Of a stretch of DNA of 64,000 nt, positions 39,601 through 51,289 are shown piece by piece. The stretch covers positions 22,330 through 86,329 of the forward strand of contig NMRA01000839.1 of assembly GCA_002633005.1 (NCBI GenBank), in the 5' to 3' direction. Within the stretch, counting starts at the first letter, position 1; each line of letters opens with the position of its first letter. The position numbers and the translations under genes are program-made. The notes beneath the pieces were generated by a model. The model worked only from the letters and a program-made list of their open reading frames with translations. It had not been told where the DNA came from and ran no database searches. Source of the stretch: Phoronis australis. Its lineage: Eukaryota; Animalia; Phoronida.

Positions 39601-42600
39601 ACAAGTTCTTTATCAGATTTAGAAACAAAGCATGTTTAGACCAATTTTATATCGGCACATGGTCTAAATAAAAAATTCTGGAGTTTCTTTGGCGTAACGC
39701 GAGCTTAGATGATCAGCAATCAGTTAAGATAAAAGATGAACACTCGATCATGAATGATGAGGAAAGAGGGACTTCGTAGTACAGAATTGGCATCGTTATA
39801 ACAAAGTACGCTGTGCGCTCAACACAGATAACACTTCATCAGCTTTCACATCACGAGATTTAAAGTTAAGTCGGAAGAGAACTCTGCCCCGACCGGGGTT
39901 TGAACCCCAGAACTATGTCAAAGATACTCCATAACTATAATATCATTGACTGCGTGTTGACCGTACTGTCGCTCCTGTCCACTGGGCTATCGGTTTAATA
40001 ACGGATGTGTGTGTGTGTGTGTGTGTNNNNNNNNNNNNNNNNNNNNNNNNNNNNNNNNNNNNNNNNNNNNNNNNNNNNNNNNNNNNNNNNNNNNNNNNNN
40101 NNNNNNNNNNNNNNNNNNNNNNNNNNNNNNNNNNNNNNNNNNNNNNNNNNNNNNNNNNNNNNNNNNNNNNNNNNNNNNNNNNNNNNNNNNNNNNNNNNNN
40201 NNNNNNNNNNNNNNNNNNNNNNNNNNNNGGGAGGGAGCGGGGGAGGGGGAGGGAGAACACTTTTATTTACATAAAAGGTTATTGACCGCTAATAAGAAGG
40301 TCCCTGTACAAAATAAATAAATGGAAATGCAAAAATCAGTAAGAATAGGTGAGGAAGCCATATATATATAACATAAATAAGAAAACAAAGTGAATTAGCG
40401 TTGAAAACGACCGACACGCCAGGAACCAAGAAGTAGACTGGGGAATGCAATTAGATATTGTTACATATGAAGCAATTGGAAATATGACTAACTAGATCGT
40501 AGTTGCTGATAATAAAATTGGTTAAGAACTTGGAGAATGCTTGCAAATAATGTGACGATCTTATCCAGTTCTATTTTGACTCGATTTAATTTGTCCGAAG
40601 CGAAAGGACGAAAAGTACGGCTAACTTTACTTGAATGTTGCTATTTTGTAACAAGCTGTCGTTTTGAGGATTTGTCGACGTTCATTCTCCAAAAACCGAC
40701 ATCGAGCAAACACACATCATCATATTACAGAGATTTGTAGGAGACGAAGATAATTTTGGTACGTTAAAAGTGTGAATATAAAATGCACGTACCACAAGCG
40801 TCAAGAGCATGCAATGTATTTTCATTTCAGGTTAAGAAACACAGCCGGTTGGAGGGCGTTCCAAATAGGCTGCCAGAGCTTTCTAATGAAGAGAAAGGTT
40901 TAATTAAGGGTACGTGGATATCAGAGTTTAGTCAAACATTTAATAACGAAATACTGTAAGCCTGATTAAGGCCCCTTTTTTGTCGGATAACATGTTCGAA
41001 AAAGCCTGTCATGTCACCCCATTGTTTTTTAATCCAAATTTAATTATTAAACTTGCGTGAGTTCTCTTCGGATATTGTATACATGACGCGAGTATCCGCG
41101 TATGCTTTAACACACAGTGCGCCTGTAAAGGTTTGTGTGCACACACAAGTGTGGCTGCATTTGGTTGTCATGACGTCCGTTAGTCCGGATGTCGTGCTAC
41201 CCGCTCGATCAAGACGTATGTGACGTCACCGATAGATTTTTGAACAAGTTTACCCATTGATCAAATTTAAAACCAGAGAATGTACTGCAATACAAATGCA
41301 ACTATTATTTTTCAGCAAGATTTGACAGCATCCTTAGTGGCAATACTTAGTGTCGACAGAGGGGTTTTCAGTAATATTAATAATATCTATAAACCGATTG
41401 ACGGATTTCAGAGAAATTTAACACATACATGTAGGTAATGTATCGACAATGCTCCGGTATTAATTGAATTTGGGGGAGGGGGTATTTGACATACACCTAA
41501 TGGCCATTTTAGTCTTTACAATCTGCTTTTTAGTCCTTTTGCGAAGTAACCCTAATCGGACTTCAATCGAGGTCTGAACGGCAATGTGCGCTTGTCCAGT
41601 TCTTGGAGGATTCGACTTTTGTAGTACCCCTAGGGGCACTTATTTCAGTTGCCCTGTTCTCTTAGTTTTCCGCGCGATATATCAGAAACTCATGTTCACA
41701 TTCAGATGAGTTTCCTCACAAGGGTGAAAGGCATAACTAGGGTGGAGCATGCTACTTTTAAACTATCATCGTTCCCCGCGGTAAGTAAACGGGCTCTTCT
41801 GAGGAAGCGAATTTCAAGGTATTGAGGGAACTAATTGACGGATTTCATTGAAATCTACGGTGTAACTATTGTATGTGACAAAAAAACTTGGGCACCAGTC
41901 GATTTTCTGACGGATTCGGCGACTGCAACACACCCTGGTGGACAGCCCATTTTGAAATTGACGGAAGGTTCTAGTTTTGAGACAGTTCCAACTAGTACTG
42001 TGCTAACTTGCGTCATTTTGTCCATTTCGTAACTACCAATCCTCATGAACGGTTTTAATAAAAAAAACTTCACTCGCTCATTTGTTAATAACTAGTGATG
42101 AGTCTCTTGACGGCATGTTTTATTTCTTTGTTGAAATGTTGAAAACTGTTCGGTTTGAAAACTTTCGACTTGGCGTTAGTTTAAAAAGGTTACGTAACAG
42201 CTCTTTTTGTGGTAATTTGGTTTACCCCCTGATGTCAAATTATCATTTCCTTGTTACCTACATGAAGGTGAGAAGCACATATCGTTTGCAGGACAGTGTG
42301 GGCGCATAAAGACGGTCTTGTTTCATATGTAATTTACATAAAACTTGTGCCGACCCACACTCTGCTCTTCTTGCAGGTTCAAGCGATTTCTTCGGCTTCA
42401 ATCATTACACGACGGAGTTCATTAAGTATGCAATCAACAACAACACAGATGCTAACTTCAGCAGTTACTATGGAGACCAGGACCACGAAGCGTCCAAAGA
42501 TCCAACTTGGCCAAAGTAAGTACAAAAACTCTCTGTAGGTTTTTGCTCTATCGACGTTTTATCGGACAAAGATACGCACCTGGTGATCTGTCTTTTGGGA

Positions 42601-44659
42601 ACCCACACACGGCAAATTACCGCCATCCCATAGCTGTAGTTTAATAACAAGCAACGTCGTGTTTCAATCGCGACAGGTTGGCTCTGAAATGTCCGCCATT
42701 CTCAATCTTCAATTATTTAAGAATTTCAAAGTTTTAAAATACAACCAGATGTACTATAATGTGATGCAGAATGATGAGAATGTCATAAGATAGCACGCCC
42801 TCGTACGACAACGTCAAAGACTAATAGAAAACTAGTCCACTGATCGCTGGTTTGATGGGTGCAATGTCATTAATTCCCTTGAGTTCCGTAGACATTAATA
42901 TAAATGTCAATGATCGACAAACAGTTGACAATAGAATGTGCCCGGTGAGAATCACTGCTTTGCTAGTGCCTTTTTGGGAGTAGTGATTGGAGTTATTAAT
43001 TCAACAAGCGAGCTTTGTGAACCCCTTGTTCAATATTCAGGTTTTGTATGTCAGTCTCTGAAAATGCAAAGGTTAACTGAAGGTCTGTAGTTCAGTGTCC
43101 TACATCTGACTGTGTTTTATAATCTATCCGAAGCCATGACAGTTTTTAGCTATAGGTTGACAATGATGGTCGTTTTGTTTTCATTGCGCACCTGTTACAG
43201 CGCCTTTGCACACTGCGATAAGAGAATAATTCACGCCAACTTTGCAAACAAAACATGAGTAGATACAGTACTAAAAACTAAACGTTTTCATTCATTTAGA
43301 TCTGGCTCGAGTTGGTTGTATGCAGTTCCATGGGGATTTCGTAAAATGCTGAATTGGATCAAAAATCACTATGGCAACGTTCCCATTTTTGTATTAGAAA
43401 ACGGGTTCAGCGACAGGAACGGCACACTGAGTGATGATCACAGAGTATTTTACTATAAATACTATATCAACGAGATGTTGAAGGGTAAGTGAAGTTTAGT
43501 GTTACAATGGTTAATTCCAAACGAGCCCTACGTATTTACAACGCTGTTTTGCTTGGGATTCACATTAGCAAGAGACTCACATAGACAGCCTAAGAGACGA
43601 CTAGTTATTAAAATAACTAGCTATCTCTTTGACTGGCTCTCACTAGTATACTATGCAACTGTTTAGACCACAACTGTTAACTTTGTAACTATTTCTCAGT
43701 GCCAGTGACTCTCACTAAGTCGTGCCTGAGCGGTACTTAATAGTTTCTTGAAATGTTCCTGAACTTTTCACTGGTTCAAACACATCCTAGAACTCACGCG
43801 GAATGATTCTATGAACATACACACTTTGTAGTGTTCGTAGTCACTCACATAAGTGAAGTTGAAGTAGCTCACACATTATCACCGCAAATGGATAACTAAA
43901 AGTTGATCCGGCTGCTGTATGTGAAAGTCAGCTGAGCTCTTTCTGAGGTTTGTAGTCACTCTCGTGCAATGCCATCACAAGTTGTCTTATATCTGGCGAT
44001 TGTTGTCACATAAATTTCGTAAATATTCACACACTGTCAGAACAATTTACCTGTCGCAAGCTCCGTCCCCTTGGGAAAAGTCGACTGACTAACAATAAGT
44101 TTTACCCGGCAACGTGTTGTTTGTCGGGTATAATGGCGGCTTAGAAACAAAGGTGTGTCAAGAATGCTGCGTTCTGGTTGGTCAGTTAAGCCGTCACTCA
44201 AATTCCTGGCTATAGGTCAATTATACTGCTTTTCTTCACACAGAAAAGGCGCGCGTCACCCGACGCGAGCAATCTTAATGCTTTGTTACATTTTCTGAGC
44301 TTAAGACCAACTATTACATATAATTTGTTTGCAAACATATATGGTTGTATTGCTCCGTTATCTTTATTTTAATTTTAGCTATTAAGATGGACGGTGTCAA
44401 CGTCAAAGGTTACATGGCCTGGTCTCTGATGGACAACTTTGAGTGGGCCACGGGATATAAGGAAAAGTTTGGTCTGTACAGAGTGGACTTTGCGAAACCC
44501 GACCGTCCGAGAGTTGCGAAACAATCGGCAAAATTCTACACAAAGATTGTTCGTGAAAATGGGTTCCCGGCGGCTTCAGAGCCAATCTCTGCAGCCAACA
44601 GACTTTCTTTTTGTGCAGTTGGGACTGCTTTGGTCTCTGTTGTTTTAAAAATGTTTTAA
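30677..44659 (+). CDS. Glycoside hydrolase family 1 beta-glycosidase (lactase-phlorizin/GBA3-like), single domain, signal peptide plus putative GPI signal (~525 aa, 9 coding exons)
   Basis: Exons 30677-30830 ([20 protein letters not shown]), 32418-32548 ([16 protein letters not shown]), 32846-33109 ([22 protein letters not shown]; second copy 35210-35473), 38298-38481 (TFNEP acid/base), 39098-39258, 40831-40909, 42377-42515 (DFFGFNHYT), 43300-43484 (FVLENG nucleophile), 44379-44659 ([16 protein letters not shown]). All GT-AG and phase-consistent. Confidence 0.96.
34880..37610 (+). repeat. Second copy of 32505-34465 (part of GH1 exon 2, exon 3 and intron), starting right after a 12-N gap; probable allelic duplication
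   Basis: Starts mid-exon at the gap edge. Exon 3 copies differ at 8/264 nt. Copy 2 has an extra inverted ~0.76-kb segment. Confidence 0.88.
35598..36406. mobile_element. ~810-bp non-autonomous DNA transposon with ~50-bp TIRs, adjacent to an oppositely oriented relative (36407-~37110; also 33236-33970)
   Basis: GTAGCCAGCCAGCTAGCTGTATGAAGACTATCGTCAAAATACAGCTA ... TAGCTGCATTTTGACGACAGTCTTCATACAGCTAGCTGGCTGGCTAC. Confidence 0.8.
37622..38107. mobile_element. MITE, ~485 bp
   Basis: Imperfect TIRs GAGGCGTGGAACGCGAAAA ... TTTCCACGTTCCATGCCTC. Confidence 0.65.
38720..39074. mobile_element. Dispersed repeat ending TATCCTTTTAA (TTAA-target, Kolobok/piggyBac-like terminus)
   Basis: Colinear diverged match to 57085-57426 (TTACGTCACCTG.TAATGCA...GTCAATCTTGAAAGATAAA...AAAAACTCATA...GTGGGTGGTCTTTT.CCCCA). 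Confidence 0.75.
39865..39995 (-). mobile_element. tRNA-derived SINE-like element
   Basis: Minus strand: A-box TAGCCCAGTGG and B-box GGTTCAAACCCCG, spaced too far apart for a tRNA; abuts a (GT)n run and the N gap. Confidence 0.55.
40006..40228. other. (GT)n microsatellite leading into a ~200-N assembly gap
   Basis: Directly seen. Confidence 0.95.
44045..44222. mobile_element. MITE, ~180 bp, uninterrupted member of the family at 17554-17885
   Basis: AATTTACCTGTCGCAAGCTCCG...CCTGGCTATAGGTCAATT; reverse-complement match to the M13-intron copy. Confidence 0.75.
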
Positions 44660-47139
44660 GAATGTATGTGTGTGAGTGTGTGTGTGCGTGTGGTCGTTTG
44701 TGTGTGTTGGTACAACTAAGCGTGCATGTATTCCACTGGCTTTTTTTGAAACTAAACGTGCATGTGTTTCAGTTGGTTTAGCTGTGTTAAACTCAATATG
44801 CATGTATTTCAATCGCTTGCCAGCGCAATCGGTTCTACTGTGAGTCAAATTTCTTCTACTAGTTACGTTCTTTATCAGCACTTTCAGTTATTTTACCGGA
44901 CACTAGATGGCAGGCAAATTGCCTCCTAAAATTGTCCTGTGACGTCGACAGGTCATAAATGTGTCTCGCGTAGTCATGTTTAAAACACATGTGTGAAAAC
45001 ATGCCTTCACTTACCGCTCGGACACACACTGTATGGAAACGTCCGCACCAACAAATAATCACACAGTCACATAGATAATCCGACAGGTGCTTTCTCACTG
45101 AGTCCACAGGTATGCACCTACACTAGTTTGCACCATGTCAAGAAACCGTTTGCTATGGAAAATAGCCACGCCCACAAAAATAGCCTTCGCAAACAGTGTA
45201 CCCCACTATTCAATAGAAACATGTAGCTCTGAATAATCGACTATCCTCAGTATGAAAGACTTGACCAAAATAATCCAACTCATATTCTCCGCAACTCCAT
45301 GAACACATTTGGAAGAAAAACTGTTGATGACAAGAAGTTATTATAATTGACGATAAGAAATTGACAAGGCAGAATGAGATTTATCTGTAGAATGCATTCA
45401 TTTCTTGAAATTTTGCGTTCAAGTGAAATGAGTAAACAACTTAAAATGACGATTCATTTGTGTAGTCACAATTTGTCTTGAGATGACGTATTGCTATGGT
45501 AACGTGGCGAAGTCAGGTTGGCACAAATCACGATGCCAAAACCATAATGATACACTGAACTTTGTAACCAAAGAGTTTACCCGTTTTATTTCAGAAATGC
45601 TGACATTATAGCAATTTCAAAATACGTCTGTAGTCAGCCAAAGTTCGCCCGGCCAACTTCACAATCCGCCCCAGAAAAGTATGCGCTTCTGTGGACATAA
45701 ATTACAGGTCAAAATTTAAAGGATTTTTTGTGTAGTAAGTAGAAATCATCACCGGGTTCTGTATTTTAAACATTAAAAACTGTTCAGTTCCTCTATAAAT
45801 AAAGTTAATTATTATTATTGTTGTTCTTGTTTATTATTACGTCAGTAAAACTCTCGTTAACAGGGAATGGCTCGTTGCTCTCGATGCGGTGAGCGAGTCT
45901 CTTGAAATCACATTTCCCATCATCAAACAATTAGTGTACACGAAATGAGGTGACAAAAATTATGATGCTTATTAATAACAATATTTTCGGGTGAACTGGT
46001 CACTGCAAGTTGGTTGGTCTACTTATAGCCGCTCGGACCTCCGGCCGGCACCCACCTCATGAACCTGTTAGTCAAAAAGCATTTGCCAAATCGCTATTTG
46101 AGGTGCGAAAAAAATGTGGAAACCTCAATATCTCCGAAAACTTTTGATGGATCCTTTCGTTTACAGATCTAAAACATCTCCAAAAAAATCATGAAAATTT
46201 TACTTTAAAAGGTGGTCACGTGACAATAATAAATCCACAGTACCAAGAAGCATTTTTTAGATTTCTCGATCTTTTCCTTTCAGAAAATATATAATTTCAA
46301 TTAATAATTGACAAAGGGTAATATTTTCGATATTTGACTTGGAGTTGAGGTCGTTAGGTCCTAGATGACCTTAAAGATGTATTTGAATTCTCCTAACTAT
46401 GCCAATGTATAGCAGGAACTAAACGTCAATGCTAGGTGAATTCCATCTACATATGTACATGTACGCTAAACAAAATGCAGTTGTATTCATTGACAATTTG
46501 TAAATGTGAAAACAAAAAAACTGTAAATAGGTGACCTTTGCACAAATGACTTCCCTTGGGGGCTCACATAGCCCGCATATTCCTCAACACCACGTCACGC
46601 TACTTACTGGACACGGTTGATTGATTTACGGCGAATTCAACACAATAATAGTTTTTAAAAACAGTTGGCATTGTTCAACGTACTTCATATTCACGTCGTA
46701 GCTATATAATGTGTTTCTAACTAATTTGACCAAGCAATCAGAGAGATAAGAAATTAGCGTGCAAATGCAAAGTCGCGTGGCTCACATGCATTCGCTGTAC
46801 TAGGATGTCTGAGATTGGACGCATTTTTTCTCTTCCGGCATAATCTTGATTGACAAGCGCAGGACTATTACCTTAAATGGTGACCCGTTTCTGGTGTAAA
46901 TCAATGACCTCCTGCTATAAATGCGTGTCCTTTATCCCCGGGGTCTGAGTCATCTTCAGAACAATAACGTGGTCTCGATCAATCATTGGTCTGACCGGCT
47001 TGACCTTCACGCGAAGGTGATGCCATTACTCGTGTCACCTGGAGGCGGACCTACCCGGCGAGGATCCCTGCTTTGCCAAGGTCCTTAGCACAAAGCACAG
47101 CCGTAGGGTACGCCAATTCTATAACTATGAATTTTTGAC

Positions 47140-49240
47140 ACTGTTTGTTCTGATTCAACGGTCTCGTTACAATAGTGGATTTTGAAAAAGCATTTGATTC
47201 TTTGACCTACAGTTTCCTGTTTAATGTTCTTCAGATGTTTGAGTTTCGAGACATTTTTGTGAAAGGATAAAAATGTTTATTGAAACCTCACAGCTTTGCG
47301 TCGTGCAAAATGGCATTGCCTCTGATTTTTTCAAAGTTGAACGAGGGTGCAAACGAGGGTATCCAATCTCGTCTTACTTTTTTGTGCTTTGCGCTAAAAT
47401 CGTGGGCTACATGTTTAGAGATAATAATGACGTAAAGGGAATTAATTGTAGAACTTGAGAGGTAAAAATTTTACAGCATGCCGATGATACAACAATTGTA
47501 ACAGAGGGTTCTGGCAAATCTCTTAAAAAGGCTCTGGGTCTTCTGTACCAATTTGCTAAATATTCAGGTCTTAAACCTAATATTGAAAAAACTGACTGTA
47601 CATGTATATGGATTGGAACTAGGAAGTATAATACTACCTGGATACCTGATTGCGCAAAAATTTTAAAATGGTCAAAAACAAAACTCTCGATTTTGGGGAT
47701 TAAATTTAGTGTAAATCTAGACGACATGACCGATTTGAACTTTAATGCAAAACTTATTGATATTCAGAATATCTTACGCTCTTGGTCCAGAAGATACCTC
47801 AGTGTGTGGTGAAATCTTTAGTATTTCCAAATCTTTTAAATCTTTTCTTAAGTCTACCATCACCAAAGGACAATTTTATTAAACAACTGGAGAAAATGCT
47901 TTTTCAGTTTATTTGGAGTAACAGAAAAGACAAAATTTCTCGTAAGACAATGGTTCAGAATTATAACAGTTGCGGACGCAACATGGTTCATTTAGTTTCC
48001 CTTATTAAATCTCTTAAAGTAACATGGTTAAAAAAAGATAATATATGAACAAAATAATTCGGCCTGGATAGATATTTTGCAGAATTCAAGTCAATTTGAC
48101 ATTGAAAAGATGTTCAATGGAGAAAACTTTTTTTAAATGGTAGCCCAGTCCACAGGGAATCCTTTTTGGAAGGATGCGTTTGTTTCAACATTTGAGTTTG
48201 GTTAGATATTAATAGCGGTCAAGGAAGACACATATATAACACAAAGGTTCAAATTGGAGGAAAACCAATATTTTACCCCACTTAGAATGAAAAGGGTGCA
48301 AGATTCTTAGGTGATTTGTTTGACGAAAACGGAAATTTCTTGTAATAGAAGTTTTTCAGAAAATTTTGGTTTTAAGCCTTTTTACACTCTACTGCGGACT
48401 AAAAATTGCTTGAAATTAACTTTTAAAAGTATATCGTTTTCAAGTGCAAAGGTGTCTCAACCAGTTATTCCACAACACTGCCAAATTTTGGTGAAAAATT
48501 CCAAAGGTAGGCTACTCGTGATGTGATATTTTTCTGAAAACTTTGTTTCAAAAAGCAAACGGATTAGAAAAATGGGAAAATACTTCTGGTTTTGCAAGAT
48601 CAATGACCGAATGAAAGTTGTTTCCAAACTTCTGTTTTTTGTACTTCAGATGTTACACTCATATTGTTTCAAATGAGAATTGTACACAGAATTTTAGCAA
48701 CAAATAACTTTTTAATGCGAATTGGTATTTCTCCAACTGACCGTAGTAGGAATGAACCTGATAGTCTATAACATTTATTTTGGGGTTGCGCTTTTGTCAA
48801 GTCTTTTTGGAGAAAAATAACTGAGTATTATATTCACGCAAAAAACCTCAATACATCGATAGATTTTCAGACTGTTATATTTGGTAAAACTGGAAAAGCG
48901 AATGACTGTTGAATCTTATCGTTCTTTTGGCCAAATAGCATATATGCTGTAAAAAGCCGAGAGTAGAACCTTCATCAATAACAATTTTCAAAAAGAATTA
49001 GAAATTTATTTCACAATCGAAAAATAGAGTTATTGTAAAAACGGATTAGGAGACCAACTTCCCAAAGATGGTTTGCGGTGGTTTTTTTACTCTAAAAAGA
49101 AATGCAGATTAGAAAAGTACATTCTGTGTTTTTGGTTTGTGAAGTTGAGTTTTCGGTAAAATGTGCGCGCGTGATGTGTCATTGGTTATTTCTGTCTTTG
49201 TACTGTATTATTATTGTTGTATTAAATGTTTAAAAAAATT
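47140..49240 (+). mobile_element. Degenerate 5'-truncated Tx1/L1-clade LINE (RT plus C-terminal zinc-binding region)
   Basis: IVDFEKAFDSL, FKVERGCKRGYPISSYFFVL, KILQHADDTT, SGLKPNIEKT, FQFIWSNRKDKISRK, RIVHRILATN, HLFWGCAFVKSFW. Many stops and frameshifts; A-rich end near 49230. Confidence 0.88.
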
Positions 49241-50354
49241 AGCTTGTTAGTCCTCGTGTCCACTTTCTAATCCCATTTTGTGTTTTTTTTTCTCATTGCT
49301 GGCAATCTGCCTGTTTTTATATTGGAAATTTGCTGTTTTCGGTAAGCAAAAATGTGTCATTTTCTACATAAACCTTTGAAGGTCTATAGGTAAAAAATTA
49401 AGAAGTCAATAGATGCAAAATTGGTGATTGATTTTTGTAACAGAGCCACACCATGATCACATTCACGAAGCATAAGCTGAATCTGGAAGATGACCCCTGG
49501 AGTGATTTTTTAATTTCGTTGATTTTTTCGTGGAATGGCTCTTAAATTTCATGCTGCATGTTTGTACTTATGTCTTACAGGTTGGGCGCTTTAAATTTTA
49601 TTTGATTGAAACTGGTGGAAAATCAAGTAAACCAAATAATGGCTGGCAAAGCCATCGTGTTTTGCCTTCAACTTTACGATAGCGATTGCTAAAGCGTACA
49701 GCAATACTGAAAAGTTCGATAAAAGCGCCTTTGAAACCAATACTGTTGGTTACTTGAGCAATTGCTCTTGGGAGTTAAAATCATAAATAAATAAAATAGA
49801 TCCTGGAATACCGTGCAGTTATCGACGGATAAGAAAATAAAATAGTAAAAGAAAAACTAAAATATATTCCCCACTTTTCGAGCGTTACGCTCTTTATCAA
49901 GGGCATGACACAGACTGTCGAATAGACAGACATAAGTGAAGTAACACAGGTGACCGCATGGAGATAAACAACAGGCAGCAGGAACAATATCGGTTATTAC
50001 AACTAACAGTGGGGTACGCACGATGAAACAGAAACGGGCACGTAACTACTGCAGTCATTCATTACAGACTACGTCCCTTTTTAGACCTCCCGCGTGGCTA
50101 TTGAATGTGGCAATGAAATCGACCTCGCACTTTCTCCTAGAGTGAATGTTCGGCAGCCCGCCGAGGTACCTGCTTCTGTTTAGACCCTTCCTCTTATCAT
50201 GCGTACCCCACTCACTGTGGGTTGTAGTGACCGACAGTAATCCTGCTGATTATTGTGTATCACCGTGCAATCACCTGTCTTACTTTATTTGTATCCATCT
50301 ATTCGGCAGTCTGTGTAATACCCTTGGTAAAGAGCGTACCGCTAGAAACGTGGG

Positions 50355-50596
50355 GAATAGTTTAACATAGGCGGGTAATATTTTGCTATATTTTAGTACA
50401 TGTGGAATATCTTAATCATAGACATCTTAATAATCTATATACATTTTAGTACTGAGAAATGTTTTAATATATTTTAGTACTGAGGAATATTTTAATATAT
50501 TTTAGTACGAGTGGAATGTTTTGATATATTTAAGCACTTGGGGAATATTTTACTACATTTCAGTGCATGGGGAATATTTTACTATATTTTAGTATC
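50355..50596. repeat. AT-rich minisatellite, ~29-30 bp unit (GAATATTTTAATATATTTTAGTACTGAG)
   Basis: About 7 imperfect tandem copies. Confidence 0.85.
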
Positions 50597-50689
50597 CACG
50601 CTCCTCGTTTTACTTTTACTGAGTTAATATTACATCCTTGCGCCCTTTTCAACCATTAGGATCTTCAGATTTAATAAGCAATAGATCAG

Positions 50690-50923
50690 GGGCCCGTTCC
50701 AACAAAACTGACTTAGCTAAGACAAATCTTGAAGTTTAGTAAATTTTAAAATAAAAGTTAAATTTGTCTCAAAACCAATTCAAGAAAGAGATCTTAAGTT
50801 TGACTTAAGTGTTTGACATAAATTTTGTCTTAATTTTGACTAACTTGCCGAATGTGGAAGTTTCAAAGTTCGAAAGTTAATTAAGTCAAAAATGAACTTA
50901 AGTCAGTTTCTTGGAACAGGCCC
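50690..50923. mobile_element. MITE (PIF/Harbinger-like), CAG target-site duplication
   Basis: cag|GGGCCCGTTCCAACAAAACTGACTTA ... TAAGTCAGTTTCTTGGAACAGGCCC|cag. Confidence 0.8.
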
Positions 50924-51289
50924 CAGATAATTAAAACAAACAAATTGACTGCTGGCATATGGAAATTATTTGTCAGGGTAACATAGAGCCGTGGTACATG
51001 TAGGGGGATATGTGGGGGCCAGGGAACAGCGGCATGGACCACAGTATGTATACCAATAGACGTAAACACGTCTGTGGAACTTTGATAGATCCAAACACGT
51101 GCCAACGAGGTCTGCATGTGTGTGGCACATCTTATATTGCGTTCTCCGTTTTGTCAGGAACGTTTGCAACAGCCATGTACAAGTATGATATATCACGTGA
51201 CAGAGCTTTCGGTGCAGTTGACCTAGCAGTCGTGTAACGTTTACTTGACTTCAGTTATCTTATCCTTGGAGAAACTGGAGTGACCTCCG

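Noticed and set aside
39865-39995. Possible tRNA gene
   Set aside because: The A and B boxes are too far apart and no cloverleaf is evident; treated as SINE-like.
39943-40320. ORFs spanning poly-X
   Set aside because: Artefacts of the N gap and the (GT)n run.
46806-47115. Possible solo LTR (TG start, TATAAA box, CA end)
   Set aside because: No convincing TSD or second copy in the window; not supportable without a genome search.
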